From an uncultured Clostridia bacterium (lineage in GTDB: Bacteria > Bacillota > Clostridia > Christensenellales > CAG-917), in contig CANQBO010000004.1 of the NCBI GenBank assembly GCA_947589475.1, positions 2,547 to 66,546 of the forward strand: a stretch of DNA of 64,000 bases, given 5' to 3'. Shown in pieces: positions 1 to 11,849 of this stretch. A program made the translations under genes and the position numbers. Each line of letters opens with the position of its first letter. The stretch's first letter is position 1. The notes under the pieces were generated by a model. That model made no database searches. It was not told the origin of the DNA and was given only the letters and a program-made list of their open reading frames with translations.

Positions 1-4
1 TTTT

Positions 5-1402
5 GTGCGTTCCACATTCCGCATGCGCGGGGACATAATCGACATCTTCCCCTCGACGAGTTCGGAGATCGCCATACGCGTGGAGCTGTTTGGGGACACC
101 GTGGAGCGCATTTGCGAGATAGACGGCGTGACGTCAAAGCCCGTCAGCGAGCTTGAACATACCCTGATATTCCCCGCTACGCAGTACGTCATCAGCGGCG
201 ACAGGGAGGAGATACTCCGCCGCATAATGCTGGACAAGCAGGACAGAGTGAAGTATTTTCAGGAGCGGGGCAAGCTCATTGAGGCGCAACGCATCGACGA
301 ACGCGTAAATTACGACGTCGAGATGATTCGCGAGGTGGGCTATTGCAGCGGCATCGAAAACTATTCGCGCTATTTCGACGGCAGACAGCCGGGGCAGGCG
401 CCGTACACTCTGCTGGACTTCTTTCCCAAAGACTTTTTGCTGTTCATAGACGAGAGCCATATGACCATACCGCAGATACACGGCATGTACAACGGCGACC
501 TCGCGCGCAAACATAACCTTGTGGAATACGGCTTCCGACTTCCCAGCGCATACGACAACAGGCCCCTCAAATTCGAGGAATTCGACAGCCACATCCGTCA
601 AGTCGTGTGCATGTCCGCGACTCCCGCGAAGTATGAGTTGGACAGGGCGGACGACGTTGTGGAACAGATCATACGTCCTACGGGACTGCTCGACCCCGAG
701 ATCGCGGTCAAGCCCGTGCAGGGACAGGTGGACGACCTCATCGGCGAGATAAACAAAGTCGTCGAAAATAAAGGCAGGGTGCTTGTGACGACGCTCACCA
801 AAAAGATGGCGGAAAACCTCACGGACTATTTGAAGGAACTGAACATCAAGGTCAAATATATGCACTCCGACATAGACACGCTTGAGCGTATGGACATCGT
901 AAAGGGGCTGAGAGAGGGCGATTTCGACGTGCTTGTGGGCATAAATTTGTTGAGAGAGGGACTCGATTTGCCCGAGGTGCAACTTGTCGCAATTCTGGAC
1001 GCGGACAAGGAAGGCTTTTTGAGAAGCGAGAGCGCGCTTATACAGACTATAGGTCGCGCGGCGAGAAACGACAAGGGCAGAGTGGTCATGTATGCGGATA
1101 CGATTACGGACAGCATGCGCCGCGCAATAGACGAGACAAACCGCAGACGCGCGCTTCAGGACGCCTACAACAAGGAACACGGCATTGTACCCAAGACCGT
1201 GGTGAGCAAGATCAAAAACTCGCTTGAGATCACAAAAAAGGCGCCGAAGGGCGAGGCTATGAGCGCAAAGGAGATCGCAAAGGAAATAGAGCGGCTGAAG
1301 GGCATGATGAAAGTCGCAAGCGAACAGCTGGACTTCGAGCGCGCGATACTTCTCCGCGACGAGATGAACGAACTCAAGCGCAAGCTCAAAAAACTGAGCT
1401 GA
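5..1402 (+). CDS. uvrB: Excinuclease ABC subunit B (5' truncated by window edge)
   Basis: Motifs [39 protein letters not shown] and C-terminal UVR coiled coil ([11 protein letters not shown]); directly upstream of uvrA. Confidence 0.98.
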   Translation: MRSTFRMRGDIIDIFPSTSSEIAIRVELFGDTVERICEIDGVTSKPVSELEHTLIFPATQYVISGDREEILRRIMLDKQDRVKYFQERGKLIEAQRIDERVNYDVEMIREVGYCSGIENYSRYFDGRQPGQAPYTLLDFFPKDFLLFIDESHMTIPQIHGMYNGDLARKHNLVEYGFRLPSAYDNRPLKFEEFDSHIRQVVCMSATPAKYELDRADDVVEQIIRPTGLLDPEIAVKPVQGQVDDLIGEINKVVENKGRVLVTTLTKKMAENLTDYLKELNIKVKYMHSDIDTLERMDIVKGLREGDFDVLVGINLLREGLDLPEVQLVAILDADKEGFLRSESALIQTIGRAARNDKGRVVMYADTITDSMRRAIDETNRRRALQDAYNKEHGIVPKTVVSKIKNSLEITKKAPKGEAMSAKEIAKEIERLKGMMKVASEQLDFERAILLRDEMNELKRKLKKLS

Positions 1403-1545
1403 ACGGGGAAAAATGTAAACATATGATGAGTTTTGTCGAAAATTGCAAGATAAAGGCGGAAAAAAATTTCCAAACAATATAGGCAAAACTCAAGAATAAT
1501 GACAAAAATGACTCAAACTATCTAAGACCTATCGAGGGTGTATAA

Positions 1546-4356
1546 ATGGACAAGATAATAATTAAGGGCGCGAGAGAAAACAATCTCAAAAACATCGATC
1601 TGGAGATACCGCGCGACAAACTCATCGTGTTTACGGGGCTGAGCGGAAGCGGCAAGTCCTCGCTTGCTTTCGACACGATATTCGCCGAGGGACAGCGCAG
1701 ATACGTCGAGAGCCTTTCAAGCTATGCGCGCATGTTTTTGGGACAGATGCAAAAACCCGAAGTGGAGTACATCGAGGGGCTTTCTCCCGCCGTATCCATA
1801 GATCAAAAGACGACGTCGCACAATCCGCGCTCCACGGTGGGCACGGTGACGGAGATATACGACTATCTACGCCTTCTCTATGCGCGCATAGGGCATCCGC
1901 ATTGCCCAAAGTGCGGCAGACCCATAGAGCGGCAGACCGTGGACCAGATCTCCGACCGCATAATGGAGAGGACGGGCGCAAAGTTGCAGATCATGGCGCC
2001 CATCGTGCGCGGCAGGAAGGGCGAATACAGAAAAGAACTTGAGCAACTTCGTCGCGCGGGATATGCGCGAGTGAGGGTGGACGGCATAAACTATACGCTG
2101 GACGAACAGATAGAACTCGACAAAAACGTCAAGCACAACATTTCCGTCGTCATCGATCGCATAGTGATAAAGGATGGCGTCGAGGCGAGGCTTGCCGAGG
2201 CGCTTGAGACGGCGATAAAGCTCAGCGAAGGGCTTGTCATCGCGGACGTGGACGGCGAAGAAACGACGTATTCCACGCGCTATGCCTGTCCCGATTGCGG
2301 CCTGTCCTTCGAGGAGTTGACTCCGAGGCTGTTCTCTTTCAACAATCCCTACGGCGCGTGTCCCGAGTGCAGCGGGTTGGGCTTCAAGGAGGAGATAGAC
2401 CCTCAACTTCTCATCGCAGACCCCGAAAAGAGCATAAACGAGGGGGCTATAAAAGCGTCCGGATGGCTTGTGGACACGTCGTCGATGGCGACGATGCAAT
2501 TTGCCGCGCTTGCGGACGCATACGGGTTTTCGCCGGATACGCCCGTCAAGGATCTGCCGAAAAAAGCGCTGGACATAATCTTTTTCGGCAACGGCGGCGA
2601 GCGCATACCCATGTCCTACAACTCGCGCGGATACAAGGGCTTTTATCAGGCGTCATATGAGGGCATAGCCACAAACCTCATGCGTCGCTATCGCGAGACG
2701 GACTCAGAGATGATAAAGGCGGAGATATACAAATATATGAAAGAGGTGCCGTGCTCCGCGTGCAAGGGCAAGAGGCTGAAACCCGAAGCGCTCGCGGTCA
2801 CCGTGGGCGGCAAAAACATCTTCGAGATGACAGAGATGTCCATAGACGCGCTGAACAAGTTTTTGGGAAGCCTCGAGCTTACGCATACCGAACGCCTCAT
2901 CGCGGACAGGATACTCAAAGAGATACGCGCGCGCCTCGACTTTTTGAACAACGTGGGGCTGGATTACCTCACGCTGTCGCGCTCCGCGGCTACGCTTTCG
3001 GGAGGGGAATCGCAACGCATACGCCTCGCAACGCAGATAGGAAGCGGACTTACGGGCGTGCTGTACATTCTCGACGAGCCGAGCATAGGTCTGCACCAAA
3101 AGGACAACGAGAGGTTGCTCGCCTCCCTCAAAAATCTCAGGGACATCGGCAACACCCTCATCGTCGTGGAGCATGACGAGGAGACCATGCGAAGCGCGGA
3201 CTACATCGTCGACATAGGTCCCGGGGCGGGCATACACGGCGGCGAGGTCGTTGCACAGGGCACGGTGGAGGACATCATAGCCTCGCCGAGGTCAGTCACG
3301 GGCAAGTACCTGAGCGGCGAATACAAAATCGAAGTCCCCCTCGCAAGGCGGCAGGGAAACGGCAATTTTTTGACCGTGAAAGGCGCCGCTCAAAACAATT
3401 TGAGAGGAATAGATGTCAGAATTCCGTTGGGTACGTTCACCTGCGTGACGGGCGTGAGCGGAAGCGGCAAGTCATCGCTTGTCAACGAGATACTCTATCC
3501 GCGCGTTTCAAACATACTCATGAAGAGCAGGCTTGCCGAGGGCAAGTGCGACGCAATTTTGGGCGTTGAAAACCTAGACAAGATCATTTGCATAGACCAA
3601 AGCCCCATAGGGCGCACTCCGCGCTCCAACCCCGCGACGTACACGGGAGTATTCACCCCCATACGCGAGCTTTTCGCCTCACTGCCCGACGCAAAGGCGA
3701 GAGGGTACAGCGCGGGACGCTTCTCTTTCAATACTTCGGGCGGCAGGTGCGAGCATTGCTCGGGCGACGGCATAATCAAGATAGAGATGCACTTCCTCCC
3801 CGACATCTACGTGCCTTGCGAGGTGTGCAAGGGCGCGAGATACAACCGCGAGACGCTCGAGGTGCGCTATAAGGGCAAAAATATTTCCGAAGTGTTGGAT
3901 ATGACCATAGAAGAAGCCGTATCTTTCTTTGAAAATATCCCCAAAATACGCAACAAGATCCGCACCCTCAACGACGTGGGACTCGGCTATGTCAAACTCG
4001 GTCAGTCCTCGACTACGCTTTCGGGCGGCGAGGCGCAGAGAGTCAAGCTTGCGACGGAACTTTCCCGCCGCTCCACGGGCAAGACGCTGTACATCCTCGA
4101 CGAGCCTACCACGGGTCTGCATACGCACGACGTCAGCAAACTTTTGAGTATTCTGCAACAGCTCGTCGAGCAGGGCAATACCGTCGTCGTCATCGAGCAT
4201 AACCTCGACGTGATCAAGGTCGCGGACTACATCGTCGACCTAGGTCCCGACGGCGGAGACCGCGGCGGACGCGTCGTCGCAGAAGGCACTCCCGAATATG
4301 TCGCCACCGTAAAAGACAGCTACACGGGCGAATTTTTGAGAAAAGTTCTCCCGTAA
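1546..4356 (+). CDS. uvrA: Excinuclease ABC subunit A
   Basis: Two ABC ATPase domains ([27 protein letters not shown]) and CxxC zinc modules. Confidence 0.99.
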   Translation: MDKIIIKGARENNLKNIDLEIPRDKLIVFTGLSGSGKSSLAFDTIFAEGQRRYVESLSSYARMFLGQMQKPEVEYIEGLSPAVSIDQKTTSHNPRSTVGTVTEIYDYLRLLYARIGHPHCPKCGRPIERQTVDQISDRIMERTGAKLQIMAPIVRGRKGEYRKELEQLRRAGYARVRVDGINYTLDEQIELDKNVKHNISVVIDRIVIKDGVEARLAEALETAIKLSEGLVIADVDGEETTYSTRYACPDCGLSFEELTPRLFSFNNPYGACPECSGLGFKEEIDPQLLIADPEKSINEGAIKASGWLVDTSSMATMQFAALADAYGFSPDTPVKDLPKKALDIIFFGNGGERIPMSYNSRGYKGFYQASYEGIATNLMRRYRETDSEMIKAEIYKYMKEVPCSACKGKRLKPEALAVTVGGKNIFEMTEMSIDALNKFLGSLELTHTERLIADRILKEIRARLDFLNNVGLDYLTLSRSAATLSGGESQRIRLATQIGSGLTGVLYILDEPSIGLHQKDNERLLASLKNLRDIGNTLIVVEHDEETMRSADYIVDIGPGAGIHGGEVVAQGTVEDIIASPRSVTGKYLSGEYKIEVPLARRQGNGNFLTVKGAAQNNLRGIDVRIPLGTFTCVTGVSGSGKSSLVNEILYPRVSNILMKSRLAEGKCDAILGVENLDKIICIDQSPIGRTPRSNPATYTGVFTPIRELFASLPDAKARGYSAGRFSFNTSGGRCEHCSGDGIIKIEMHFLPDIYVPCEVCKGARYNRETLEVRYKGKNISEVLDMTIEEAVSFFENIPKIRNKIRTLNDVGLGYVKLGQSSTTLSGGEAQRVKLATELSRRSTGKTLYILDEPTTGLHTHDVSKLLSILQQLVEQGNTVVVIEHNLDVIKVADYIVDLGPDGGDRGGRVVAEGTPEYVATVKDSYTGEFLRKVLP

Positions 4357-5400
4357 GCTAAGAAAAACGCAACTCCCGTAAGAAGAAAATATACATTTCA
4401 CAATTCTGCATTTGACAAGAAGCGAGCCTATGATGTCAGAAATGCTCATGGGGACGCGGGCTTCGCCCGCTGGTTTATTACGGGACCCCCACCACCGCCT
4501 CTGGCGGAGCCTCCCCCTAAACATCACCCCACAAAATCACTACGTAATTTTGCGGGGACCCCGATAGCGTTCCTACACTCACGCTGTAAAGGGGTATGCC
4601 AAAATCGGGAAAGATGCAAGTCTGAGCTAAACGGGGTCCCCATAGAAATGAGCGTAGTGAATTTTATGGGGTATATGATCGGGGTCCCCACGAAAAGTAC
4701 TTCTCATGGGGTAAATAAAGGGGTATGCCAACAAATTGATAAAAATGAAAGTTTGTCTGAGAGTAGGCATCTCCCTTCAATAACATTAGTGTAGAAATTT
4801 AACATGTGTATAGGGGGAGGCTCCGCCGTAGGCGGTGGTGGGGGTCCCGACTTATAACGAAAACTTTGTCTGAGCGTACTTATACTCGTAATTTGCCGTG
4901 TCCGAGCGACGTCGCGGAGCGAGCGGGATACACTTACGTACGCAGTGAGGGCGGGGCTTCTGATTTTTTCCGCCCGAACAAGTGGCATAAATGCGCACAG
5001 ACAAGATAAAGGGAATAAACAAAGTAAAAATCAACAGCCTTAGATAAAGGCTGTTTGTATTTTAATTAAGTGCGCACGATGTAACGCGGTGAGCGAGCGA
5101 AGCTTTTCCCCGACCCTGCCGCGCCGCTAAGTTGGGGATATGTTTGCGCGTAGAGCGCAAACAGTTAGTGTGTTCGGATAGGTCGGGGAACGCCGTGAGG
5201 CGAGGGTGGGTCATTTAAATAAGTTTGTCCGAGATACCAACGTATATCCCTAGTGCGCTCAAGCGCAGACGTAAAGCTAGTCCCCAAACTCATCGCTGCA
5301 CGTAACGAAGGGAGAGGTCGGGTCTTTCAATAACGCCATGTCCGAGCCGCCGACGCTTTTCATGCTTGAGTTTGGATGTGCGGACAAAGTTTGAAAAAAT
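4357..5400. repeat. Mosaic non-coding island of REP/MITE-like palindromic modules
   Basis: Inverted pair CGGGACCCCCACCACCGCCT..GGCGGAGCCTCCCCCTA (about 4481-4519 vs 4811-4849); three CCCC..GGGGACCCC palindromes (4525-4562, 4633-4673, 4681-4713); blocks shared with 32600-33560 and 49566-49720. Confidence 0.85.
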
Positions 5401-5412
5401 TCGACGTTATGC

Positions 5413-5441
5413 TTGTGTTTGCAGGGGGCGTATGATATAAT
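5413..5441 (+). promoter_or_regulatory. Sigma70-type promoter of ftsK operon
   Basis: TTGTGT-17 bp-TATAAT with extended -10 TG. Confidence 0.6.
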
Positions 5442-5530
5442 GTTTGAGCTAATAGTAAATATTGCATAATTATATTAAATCACATATGCGTGCGCGGGAG
5501 CGTTGTGCGGCGCGCGTGAGAGAGGAAAAA

Positions 5531-8500
5531 GTGACGGATACGAGACAGGCAAGAGCAAATAAGGGCAATCGGATCGCGATAGGGGTGCTTATCGCAGTCG
5601 TTTCTTTATTCTGTTTTTTGTCGGATATCGGCGCATTGGGCGGCGTGGGCAGGATGGTTTACGGCTTTTTGGTGGGATTTTTCGGTTTGGCGTCCTATGC
5701 GTATGCTTTGATGGGGATAATTTTCGGCATTGCGATCGCGTTCGGCGTGAAAATAAGACAACGTCTCGCGCGTTCGGCATATCTTTTCGGAATGTTGCTT
5801 TTGGGTATTTTGGCGCTTCACATCTATACGTCCAGCGGGCACATTATCGGCGCGAATTACGGAGAATATCTGCTCAGGTGCTATCATGAGACGAATACGG
5901 CGGGCGGAATGCTCTTCGGGCTTCTTGCGTACCCGCTTATGAAAGTCGTCACGGGCGTGGGAGCGCTTTCCATCGCCTGCGCCGCGTTTTTGATCATGGC
6001 GGGTTGCGGGCTTATACCGAGCCTCAGGCGCAACGTCGTATACAAAGCCGCCACTCCCAAAGAGAGAAAAGAAGAGAGCGAGAAAGAAAAGGCTCCGCGC
6101 AAGAAAAGAAAACGCAAAGGGGACAAAGTCACCGCCGTGGACGAGCCTGTCATCACGGACTTTTCGCATACTTCAAACGGCACGAGACTGTTTGTTGTGG
6201 ACGTGGAAGGCAAACCCGAAAAACCGCGCAAGGGCAAAGGCTCCTACGGCTATGTGCCCCTCGGCTTCGACCCGCTCTATCCCAACAGGGACGGCGGATA
6301 TGAGGACGAACAGCGCATGACGGCAAGCTCGCCGTACACCGCGCCCGCTCCCGAAAGGGCGACGTATGCGCCCATGAAGGACACCGCGAGGGAAATACTT
6401 TTCGGAAGCGGTCCGAGCGATGAAAATATCGCGAGATATGAGGCGGCGCGCAAGGGCAGGATGGAGCCTATGTCGGACGTCGGGCGCACATATTCCACTC
6501 CCGCTCAGCGCAGACAGGATATGATGGACACTTTGGGCGGCGGAGGAGACCCGCAGTCCGAATTCATCGCCCGCCATCGCGCGGAAAACGAAGATCGCGC
6601 CGTCTCTCCGAGCGGCGAAGTGGATTTCGAGACGTTGAAAAACGAGAGTTTGAGACAGTGGCGCACTTCTCCCGCACCCATATTCGAGGCGGACGCAAGC
6701 TCTGCTCCGAGCGGACGGGAAGTGCTCAGAGCCGCACCCGCGGAGGAAGAGAAGAAAGAAGTCGCGCGTCCCACGAGGCATATGCCGAAAGCGGAGGATA
6801 AAGCCGCTTCGCATCCGCAGGATAGGCCGTCTACGGAAAACGTCAATGTCGGCATGCTCGGCGCGCTGAATATGGCAAAGACAAATCAAAGACCCGCCGA
6901 ACCCGTCGAGGAAGAGGACAAAGAGACCGTCGTCGACGCGTACAGGACGCCGCAAAGCTCCACTCCCGGGGCTGAGATCGCGAGGAGCGACGGACAGAGC
7001 GGGTATACTCCCGTGCAGAAGCAGGGGCTTGACAGCGTGAGATATATGCCGTCGACAGGCACCAAATTGCCGCGCGCATTTCAATCGAGCGCCGTGGATC
7101 AGACTCCCGCAAGACCCGCGGGACCCGCAAAACCCGCGGAACCCGCATATCAACCGCCGGAGAAACTCACCTATCAGCCCGTAAAGAAGGTGGAGCCGTA
7201 TGAGCCTACGCCCGTGAAGCCGCTCGAGGAGGAAAAACCCGTCGAGGAGGCTCAAATTCCGTCCGAACCCATAAAGGCGCCGAGAGAGGTCACGGGGGAC
7301 AAGATGTCCGCTTCCGCGATACAGAGCGCAACGGATATTGCGCACATGAGCGCAAGAGAAGTTGAGAGCGCGGAAATGGACGCGCGGATAGAGAATATCA
7401 AAAAGAGCAAGGGGCTTACTCCCGCGTTTGCGGACGAGCCGAGCATGAAAGAGAAAAAGGCGAAGGAGGCTTCGCGCAGAGCCGCCGCTCCCGTCGAAGA
7501 GGGCGCGCATGTGCATCAGCCTACGGTCGAGCAGGTGATAAAGAAGGCGGAAGCGCCCGTGAAGCCAAAGCGCCCGTACGTCGCGCCGCCGTTGAGCTTG
7601 CTTGAACCGCCGACGGAAAAACTCGCTCCCGACGACGATATAGAGGAAAAGAAGGAGAGGCTTGTCAGCACTCTTATGGACTTTGACATCATCGGCGATG
7701 TGGAAAGCGTAGACGTAGGTCCCACATTTACGATGTACAGGGTGAAGGTCACTCTGAAGAAGGGCATTTCCGTCGCGACCATACTCAAATATTCAAAAGA
7801 TATTGCGATGAAGATGGAAGTCGAAAGCGTGCGTATCCTGGCTCCCATACCGGGAAAGAACGCGGTCGGCATAGAGGTGCCGAACAAGAGGCGGCGCACC
7901 GTCAATATAAGCGAGATATTGCAGTCGAGCACATTCAACTCCGCTTCCGATCCCGCGACGTTCGCGCTGGGCGTGGACTTGTACGGCAACAGTCATGTGG
8001 CAAGAGTGACAAAACTTCCGCATCTGCTTGTCGCGGGCACGACGGGCAGCGGCAAGAGCTGTTGTATCAATACGTTGATCGTGAGCTTGCTTTATAAGGC
8101 GTCTCCCGACGATATAAGGTTTATACTCGTTGACCCGAAGAGGGTGGAGCTGTCCGTTTACGCGGGCATTCCGCACCTGTTGATGGACGAGATCATATGC
8201 GACGTGGACAAGGCGATAAAAGCGCTCGCGTGGGCGGAAAAAGAGATGGAGCGCCGCACCAGATATTTTTCGGAAACGGGATACCGTGACATCGCGGAGT
8301 ACAACTCCGACGTCAAAAACAGCGGGCTTGAAAAGATGCCTCTCATCCTCATAATCATCGACGAGTTCGCGGACCTCATGACTATGGGCAAGAAGGCGGT
8401 GGAGGTGTCCGTCGGCAGGATCGCCAGCCTCGCGCGCGCCGTGGGTATACACCTTGTGCTTGCGACGCAACGCCCCTCCGTGGACGTCATCTCGGGCACG

Positions 8501-9073
8501 ATAAGAAACAACATCCCCTCGAGAGTGGCGTTCAGAGTGTCCGACAGCGGCTCCAGCCGCACCATACTGGACACCGTAGGCGCGGAAGATCTGCTGGGCT
8601 TGGGCGACATGCTGTATATGGAACCCGGTACGTCCGATCTCAAGAGGATACAGGGCGCTTTCATCTCGAACCCCGAAGTCAAGAAGGTGGTGGAGTTTGT
8701 AAAGAGCCACAACGACTGCTATTTCGACGAGCAGGCTAAGGACGCGATCTTCAACGATAAGCCCGAAAAGAAGCCCGAAGCGGCGCAAAAGGAGAGCAAA
8801 GCCACGCGCGACGCTCCCGATCTTATCGCCGCGCTCGAGCTTGGAATACTGTTGCGAGAGACGGACGGAAATTCTTTCAGCACGTCGTATATACAGCGCA
8901 AGCTCGGATTCGGATATCAAAAGGCGGCGAGGATCGTGGATACCGTCAAGGATATGGGCTACATCGGCGTGAGCGAGCGCGACTCCAAAAAGACCATCGT
9001 CACCATGACGAGAGAAGAATTCGAGGAGTTTAAATCGTCCGTAGAGTCGGATGACGAGGGCGACGATGAGTGA
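5531..9073 (+). CDS. ftsK: DNA translocase FtsK/SpoIIIE
   Basis: N-terminal TM block, long Pro/Glu-rich linker, PHLLVAGTTGSGKS, IIIDEFADL, LATQRPSVD, C-terminal gamma domain (STSYIQRKLGFGYQKAARIVD); GTG start at 5531 after AGAGGA. Confidence 0.95.
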   Translation: MTDTRQARANKGNRIAIGVLIAVVSLFCFLSDIGALGGVGRMVYGFLVGFFGLASYAYALMGIIFGIAIAFGVKIRQRLARSAYLFGMLLLGILALHIYTSSGHIIGANYGEYLLRCYHETNTAGGMLFGLLAYPLMKVVTGVGALSIACAAFLIMAGCGLIPSLRRNVVYKAATPKERKEESEKEKAPRKKRKRKGDKVTAVDEPVITDFSHTSNGTRLFVVDVEGKPEKPRKGKGSYGYVPLGFDPLYPNRDGGYEDEQRMTASSPYTAPAPERATYAPMKDTAREILFGSGPSDENIARYEAARKGRMEPMSDVGRTYSTPAQRRQDMMDTLGGGGDPQSEFIARHRAENEDRAVSPSGEVDFETLKNESLRQWRTSPAPIFEADASSAPSGREVLRAAPAEEEKKEVARPTRHMPKAEDKAASHPQDRPSTENVNVGMLGALNMAKTNQRPAEPVEEEDKETVVDAYRTPQSSTPGAEIARSDGQSGYTPVQKQGLDSVRYMPSTGTKLPRAFQSSAVDQTPARPAGPAKPAEPAYQPPEKLTYQPVKKVEPYEPTPVKPLEEEKPVEEAQIPSEPIKAPREVTGDKMSASAIQSATDIAHMSAREVESAEMDARIENIKKSKGLTPAFADEPSMKEKKAKEASRRAAAPVEEGAHVHQPTVEQVIKKAEAPVKPKRPYVAPPLSLLEPPTEKLAPDDDIEEKKERLVSTLMDFDIIGDVESVDVGPTFTMYRVKVTLKKGISVATILKYSKDIAMKMEVESVRILAPIPGKNAVGIEVPNKRRRTVNISEILQSSTFNSASDPATFALGVDLYGNSHVARVTKLPHLLVAGTTGSGKSCCINTLIVSLLYKASPDDIRFILVDPKRVELSVYAGIPHLLMDEIICDVDKAIKALAWAEKEMERRTRYFSETGYRDIAEYNSDVKNSGLEKMPLILIIIDEFADLMTMGKKAVEVSVGRIASLARAVGIHLVLATQRPSVDVISGTIRNNIPSRVAFRVSDSGSSRTILDTVGAEDLLGLGDMLYMEPGTSDLKRIQGAFISNPEVKKVVEFVKSHNDCYFDEQAKDAIFNDKPEKKPEAAQKESKATRDAPDLIAALELGILLRETDGNSFSTSYIQRKLGFGYQKAARIVDTVKDMGYIGVSERDSKKTIVTMTREEFEEFKSSVESDDEGDDE

Positions 9074-10391
9074 TGTGAGGCAAGGCATGAGGATCGGCGC
9101 GATCTCGCTCGGATGCGATAAAAACAGAGTGGACACCGAAAAGATGTTGGCAAGGCTCAAAGAGGGCGGGCACAGCATAGTTTCGCGCGAAGAGGACGCG
9201 GAAATACTCATCGTCAACACCTGCGCTTTCATAAAGAGCGCGAAGGAGGAGTCCATTGCGGAAATATTAAGCGCGATAGATTTCAAAAAACGCGCCGAGG
9301 GCAGGCATGTCATCGTGACGGGGTGCCTTGCTCAGAGATATGAGGAAGAGCTGAAGGCGGAAATGCCGGAGGTGGACGCTTTCCTCGGCACGGGCGACTA
9401 TGACAACATCCTCGAGGCGGTCGACAACATCGCGGCGGGGGAAAGATATTCTCGCAGAGAGGGTCTCGACAAGTTTTATGCGGGGCGTGTGCTCACAACG
9501 CCATTGCACACGGCATATCTCAAGATCGCGGACGGGTGCGACAACCACTGTACATATTGCGCGATCCCGTCTATACGCGGCAAATATCGCTCCGAGGCGA
9601 TGACAGACCTCCTAGACGAGGCGGGAAGGCTTGCGGACGACGGCGTAAAGGAGCTTATCCTTGTCGCGCAGGACGTCACGCGCTATGGCATGGACTTTGA
9701 CGGCAAACCGCACCTGACGGAGCTTGTAAAGGAGCTTGAGGGGCTGAGTTTCGAGTGGATACGCCTCTTGTATCTCGAGCCGGAAATGGTTTCGGACGAG
9801 CTTATCAACTTCGTGGCGAGCGAGAAAAAAGTCGCAAAATATATGGATATTCCTCTCCAGCATATCTCGAGCGCAGTGCTCAAGCGCATGAACAGGCACA
9901 CGGACGAGGCTATGACGAGGGCTATAGTAAAGCGCGTGCGCGAGGCGGGGATAACGCTTCGCAGCACCTTCATTTGCGGCTTCCCGGGCGAGAGCGAGGA
10001 GGATCACGACAAACTTCGTAGCTTCATCGCCGAGGGAAATTTGGATTACGCGGGTTTCTTCGCCTATTCAAGGGAGGAAAATACTCCCGCGGACAGACTT
10101 GACGGGCATATCCCCGTCAAGGTCAAGCAGAGAAGGGCAAGGGAGCTTGAAAAACTCCAGCAGAGCGTTACGGCGCAAAGACAGCGCGAGAGAATAGGAC
10201 AAGTCGCGAGAGTTTTGTATGAGGATATAGATTTTTCGCGGCAAATGTTTTCGGGAAGGTCTGAGAGCGAAGCTCCCGACATCGATACCGAAATTTACTT
10301 CACGTCGGACTTTCCGCTCGAGGTAGGAAATTTCTACGACGTCGAGATCACGGGGACGCTGGGGCTCGACCTGTCGGGCAGGACCGTATAG
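9066..10391 (+). CDS. rimO: Ribosomal protein S12 methylthiotransferase RimO
   Basis: SLGCDKNRVD, NTCAFI, VTGCLAQRY, KIADGCDNHCTYC, TRAM C-terminus; conserved ftsK-rimO-pgsA-cinA-recA order. Confidence 0.95.
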   Translation: MSDVRQGMRIGAISLGCDKNRVDTEKMLARLKEGGHSIVSREEDAEILIVNTCAFIKSAKEESIAEILSAIDFKKRAEGRHVIVTGCLAQRYEEELKAEMPEVDAFLGTGDYDNILEAVDNIAAGERYSRREGLDKFYAGRVLTTPLHTAYLKIADGCDNHCTYCAIPSIRGKYRSEAMTDLLDEAGRLADDGVKELILVAQDVTRYGMDFDGKPHLTELVKELEGLSFEWIRLLYLEPEMVSDELINFVASEKKVAKYMDIPLQHISSAVLKRMNRHTDEAMTRAIVKRVREAGITLRSTFICGFPGESEEDHDKLRSFIAEGNLDYAGFFAYSREENTPADRLDGHIPVKVKQRRARELEKLQQSVTAQRQRERIGQVARVLYEDIDFSRQMFSGRSESEAPDIDTEIYFTSDFPLEVGNFYDVEITGTLGLDLSGRTV

Positions 10392-10403
10392 GACTAAGAA
10401 GAA

Positions 10404-11075
10404 ATGAAAATTACGCTTGCAACAAAGATCACTATATCAAGGATGTTTCTCACCATTCCGTCGGTGGCGCTGTATATCGCGGGACAGTTTACGGCGGGCG
10501 GCACGAGGATAGTGCTACTCAGCGTAGCGTGCGCGCTGTTTGCCATCGCCTGCATCACGGATTTCGTGGACGGCGCCATCGCGCGTTCGACGCACTCCGT
10601 ATCCGTGCTGGGCAGTTATCTCGACCCCATCGCGGACAAAGTCAATATCTGCCTCATGCTGTTTGCCATCGTGTGCTTCGGGGACGGGCTTAGTTGCGTC
10701 TATGCCGAAAACGTCGTAACTGTCGCCGTTTTGGGCGGGGCTATATTCGTAAGAGAGTTGCTTGTCGGCATGCTCAGGACGATCGCCGCAAAGATAGGAA
10801 AAGTAATCTCCGCCGACATATTCGGCAAGATAAAGACCATATTTTTGAACATCGCCGTATCGGTGCTGGTCGTCGCGGGTCTGCTTAAGCCGTGCGCGTA
10901 TATCGGCACCGTACTGTACTATATCGGCGCTCTCGTCACCGTGATAAGCGGAGTGCACTACTTCATCAAAAACAAGGACGTGTTGACAGACGACGCAGAG
11001 AGCGGCATAGAGGTCGGCGCGTCCGATGGGGACGTCCGCGAGGCGCACGGGGACGCGCATGCCGAGGAGGAATGA
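10404..11075 (+). CDS. pgsA: CDP-diacylglycerol--glycerol-3-phosphate 3-phosphatidyltransferase
   Basis: CDP-alcohol phosphotransferase motif TDFVDGAIAR..G.YLDPIADK; gene context. Confidence 0.9.
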   Translation: MKITLATKITISRMFLTIPSVALYIAGQFTAGGTRIVLLSVACALFAIACITDFVDGAIARSTHSVSVLGSYLDPIADKVNICLMLFAIVCFGDGLSCVYAENVVTVAVLGGAIFVRELLVGMLRTIAAKIGKVISADIFGKIKTIFLNIAVSVLVVAGLLKPCAYIGTVLYYIGALVTVISGVHYFIKNKDVLTDDAESGIEVGASDGDVREAHGDAHAEEE

Positions 11076-11771
11076 ATGCAGCAGGAAGTCGTAAAGCTTT
11101 GCGGACTTACAAAGGAGGAGGTGCTTCGCCGCCTCGCTCCGTTTGCGGATAAGGGGTTGGAATTCGATATAAACGAGGACTGCCTCGACGTCACGCTCAC
11201 CGTTAAGTCTACGCTGTCCAAACGCGAGTTCGACCCGCTTAAGAGCTGGATATATCGATCGTTCGAGACCGAAGTTTACAGCGCTTTCGGGCAGGGACTT
11301 GCCGAGACTGCCGCCGCGCTCCTAAAACGGAACGGCAAGACGCTCGCCGTCGCCGAAAGCTTGACCGGAGGATTGATATGCTCCTCTCTCGCGGCGATCC
11401 CCGGCATCAGCAACAACTTTTTCGAGGGCGTCGTGTGCTACAGCAAGCAGTCCAAACAGGAAAGGTTGGGAGTCAAGGCTACGACGTTGTCCAACTACGG
11501 CGCGATAAGCGAGCAGACCGCCATAGAGATGGTGCGCGGACTGAACGTCCCGCCCGTCGATATAGGGCTGTCCACGACGGGGCTTGCAGGTCCCGACGGG
11601 GACGAGGGGAAACCCGTAGGACTCGTGTATATCGGCGTGGGCGCGGGGGACTTCATACGCGCGTTCGAAAAGCGCCTGAGCGGGTCGAGAAACGAGATAA
11701 GGCGGCAGACCGCAAACCTTGCGCTGTACTACTTGATAAAATATCTGAGAGGGGAAGTATTTACGCTGTAA
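11076..11771 (+). CDS. cinA: CinA family / NMN deamidase PncC domain protein (no N-terminal MoCF-like domain)
   Basis: AVAESLTGG, TTGLAGPDG, KPVGLVYIGV; immediately before recA. Confidence 0.85.
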   Translation: MQQEVVKLCGLTKEEVLRRLAPFADKGLEFDINEDCLDVTLTVKSTLSKREFDPLKSWIYRSFETEVYSAFGQGLAETAAALLKRNGKTLAVAESLTGGLICSSLAAIPGISNNFFEGVVCYSKQSKQERLGVKATTLSNYGAISEQTAIEMVRGLNVPPVDIGLSTTGLAGPDGDEGKPVGLVYIGVGAGDFIRAFEKRLSGSRNEIRRQTANLALYYLIKYLRGEVFTL

Positions 11772-11849
11772 ATGTGCCATTTTTGGGACAAACAATGCGT
11801 TAATATATAAACAAGATCAACTGCCCGAAAGGGGAAAGGAGAGAATATT

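Noticed and set aside
1403-1545. LexA box upstream of uvrA (also checked recA, 11772-11849)
   Set aside because: No acceptable GAAC-N4-GTTC match; only weak AAAC-type half sites.
4240-5034. Short ORFs in repeat islands (also 32780-33661, 43373-43947, 59028-59492)
   Set aside because: They cross palindromic repeats and have no clear RBS or protein motif; shared peptides arise from the DNA repeats.
6060-7560. Insertion or intein in FtsK
   Set aside because: Low-complexity Pro/Glu/Ala linker of variable length is normal for FtsK; no intein motifs.
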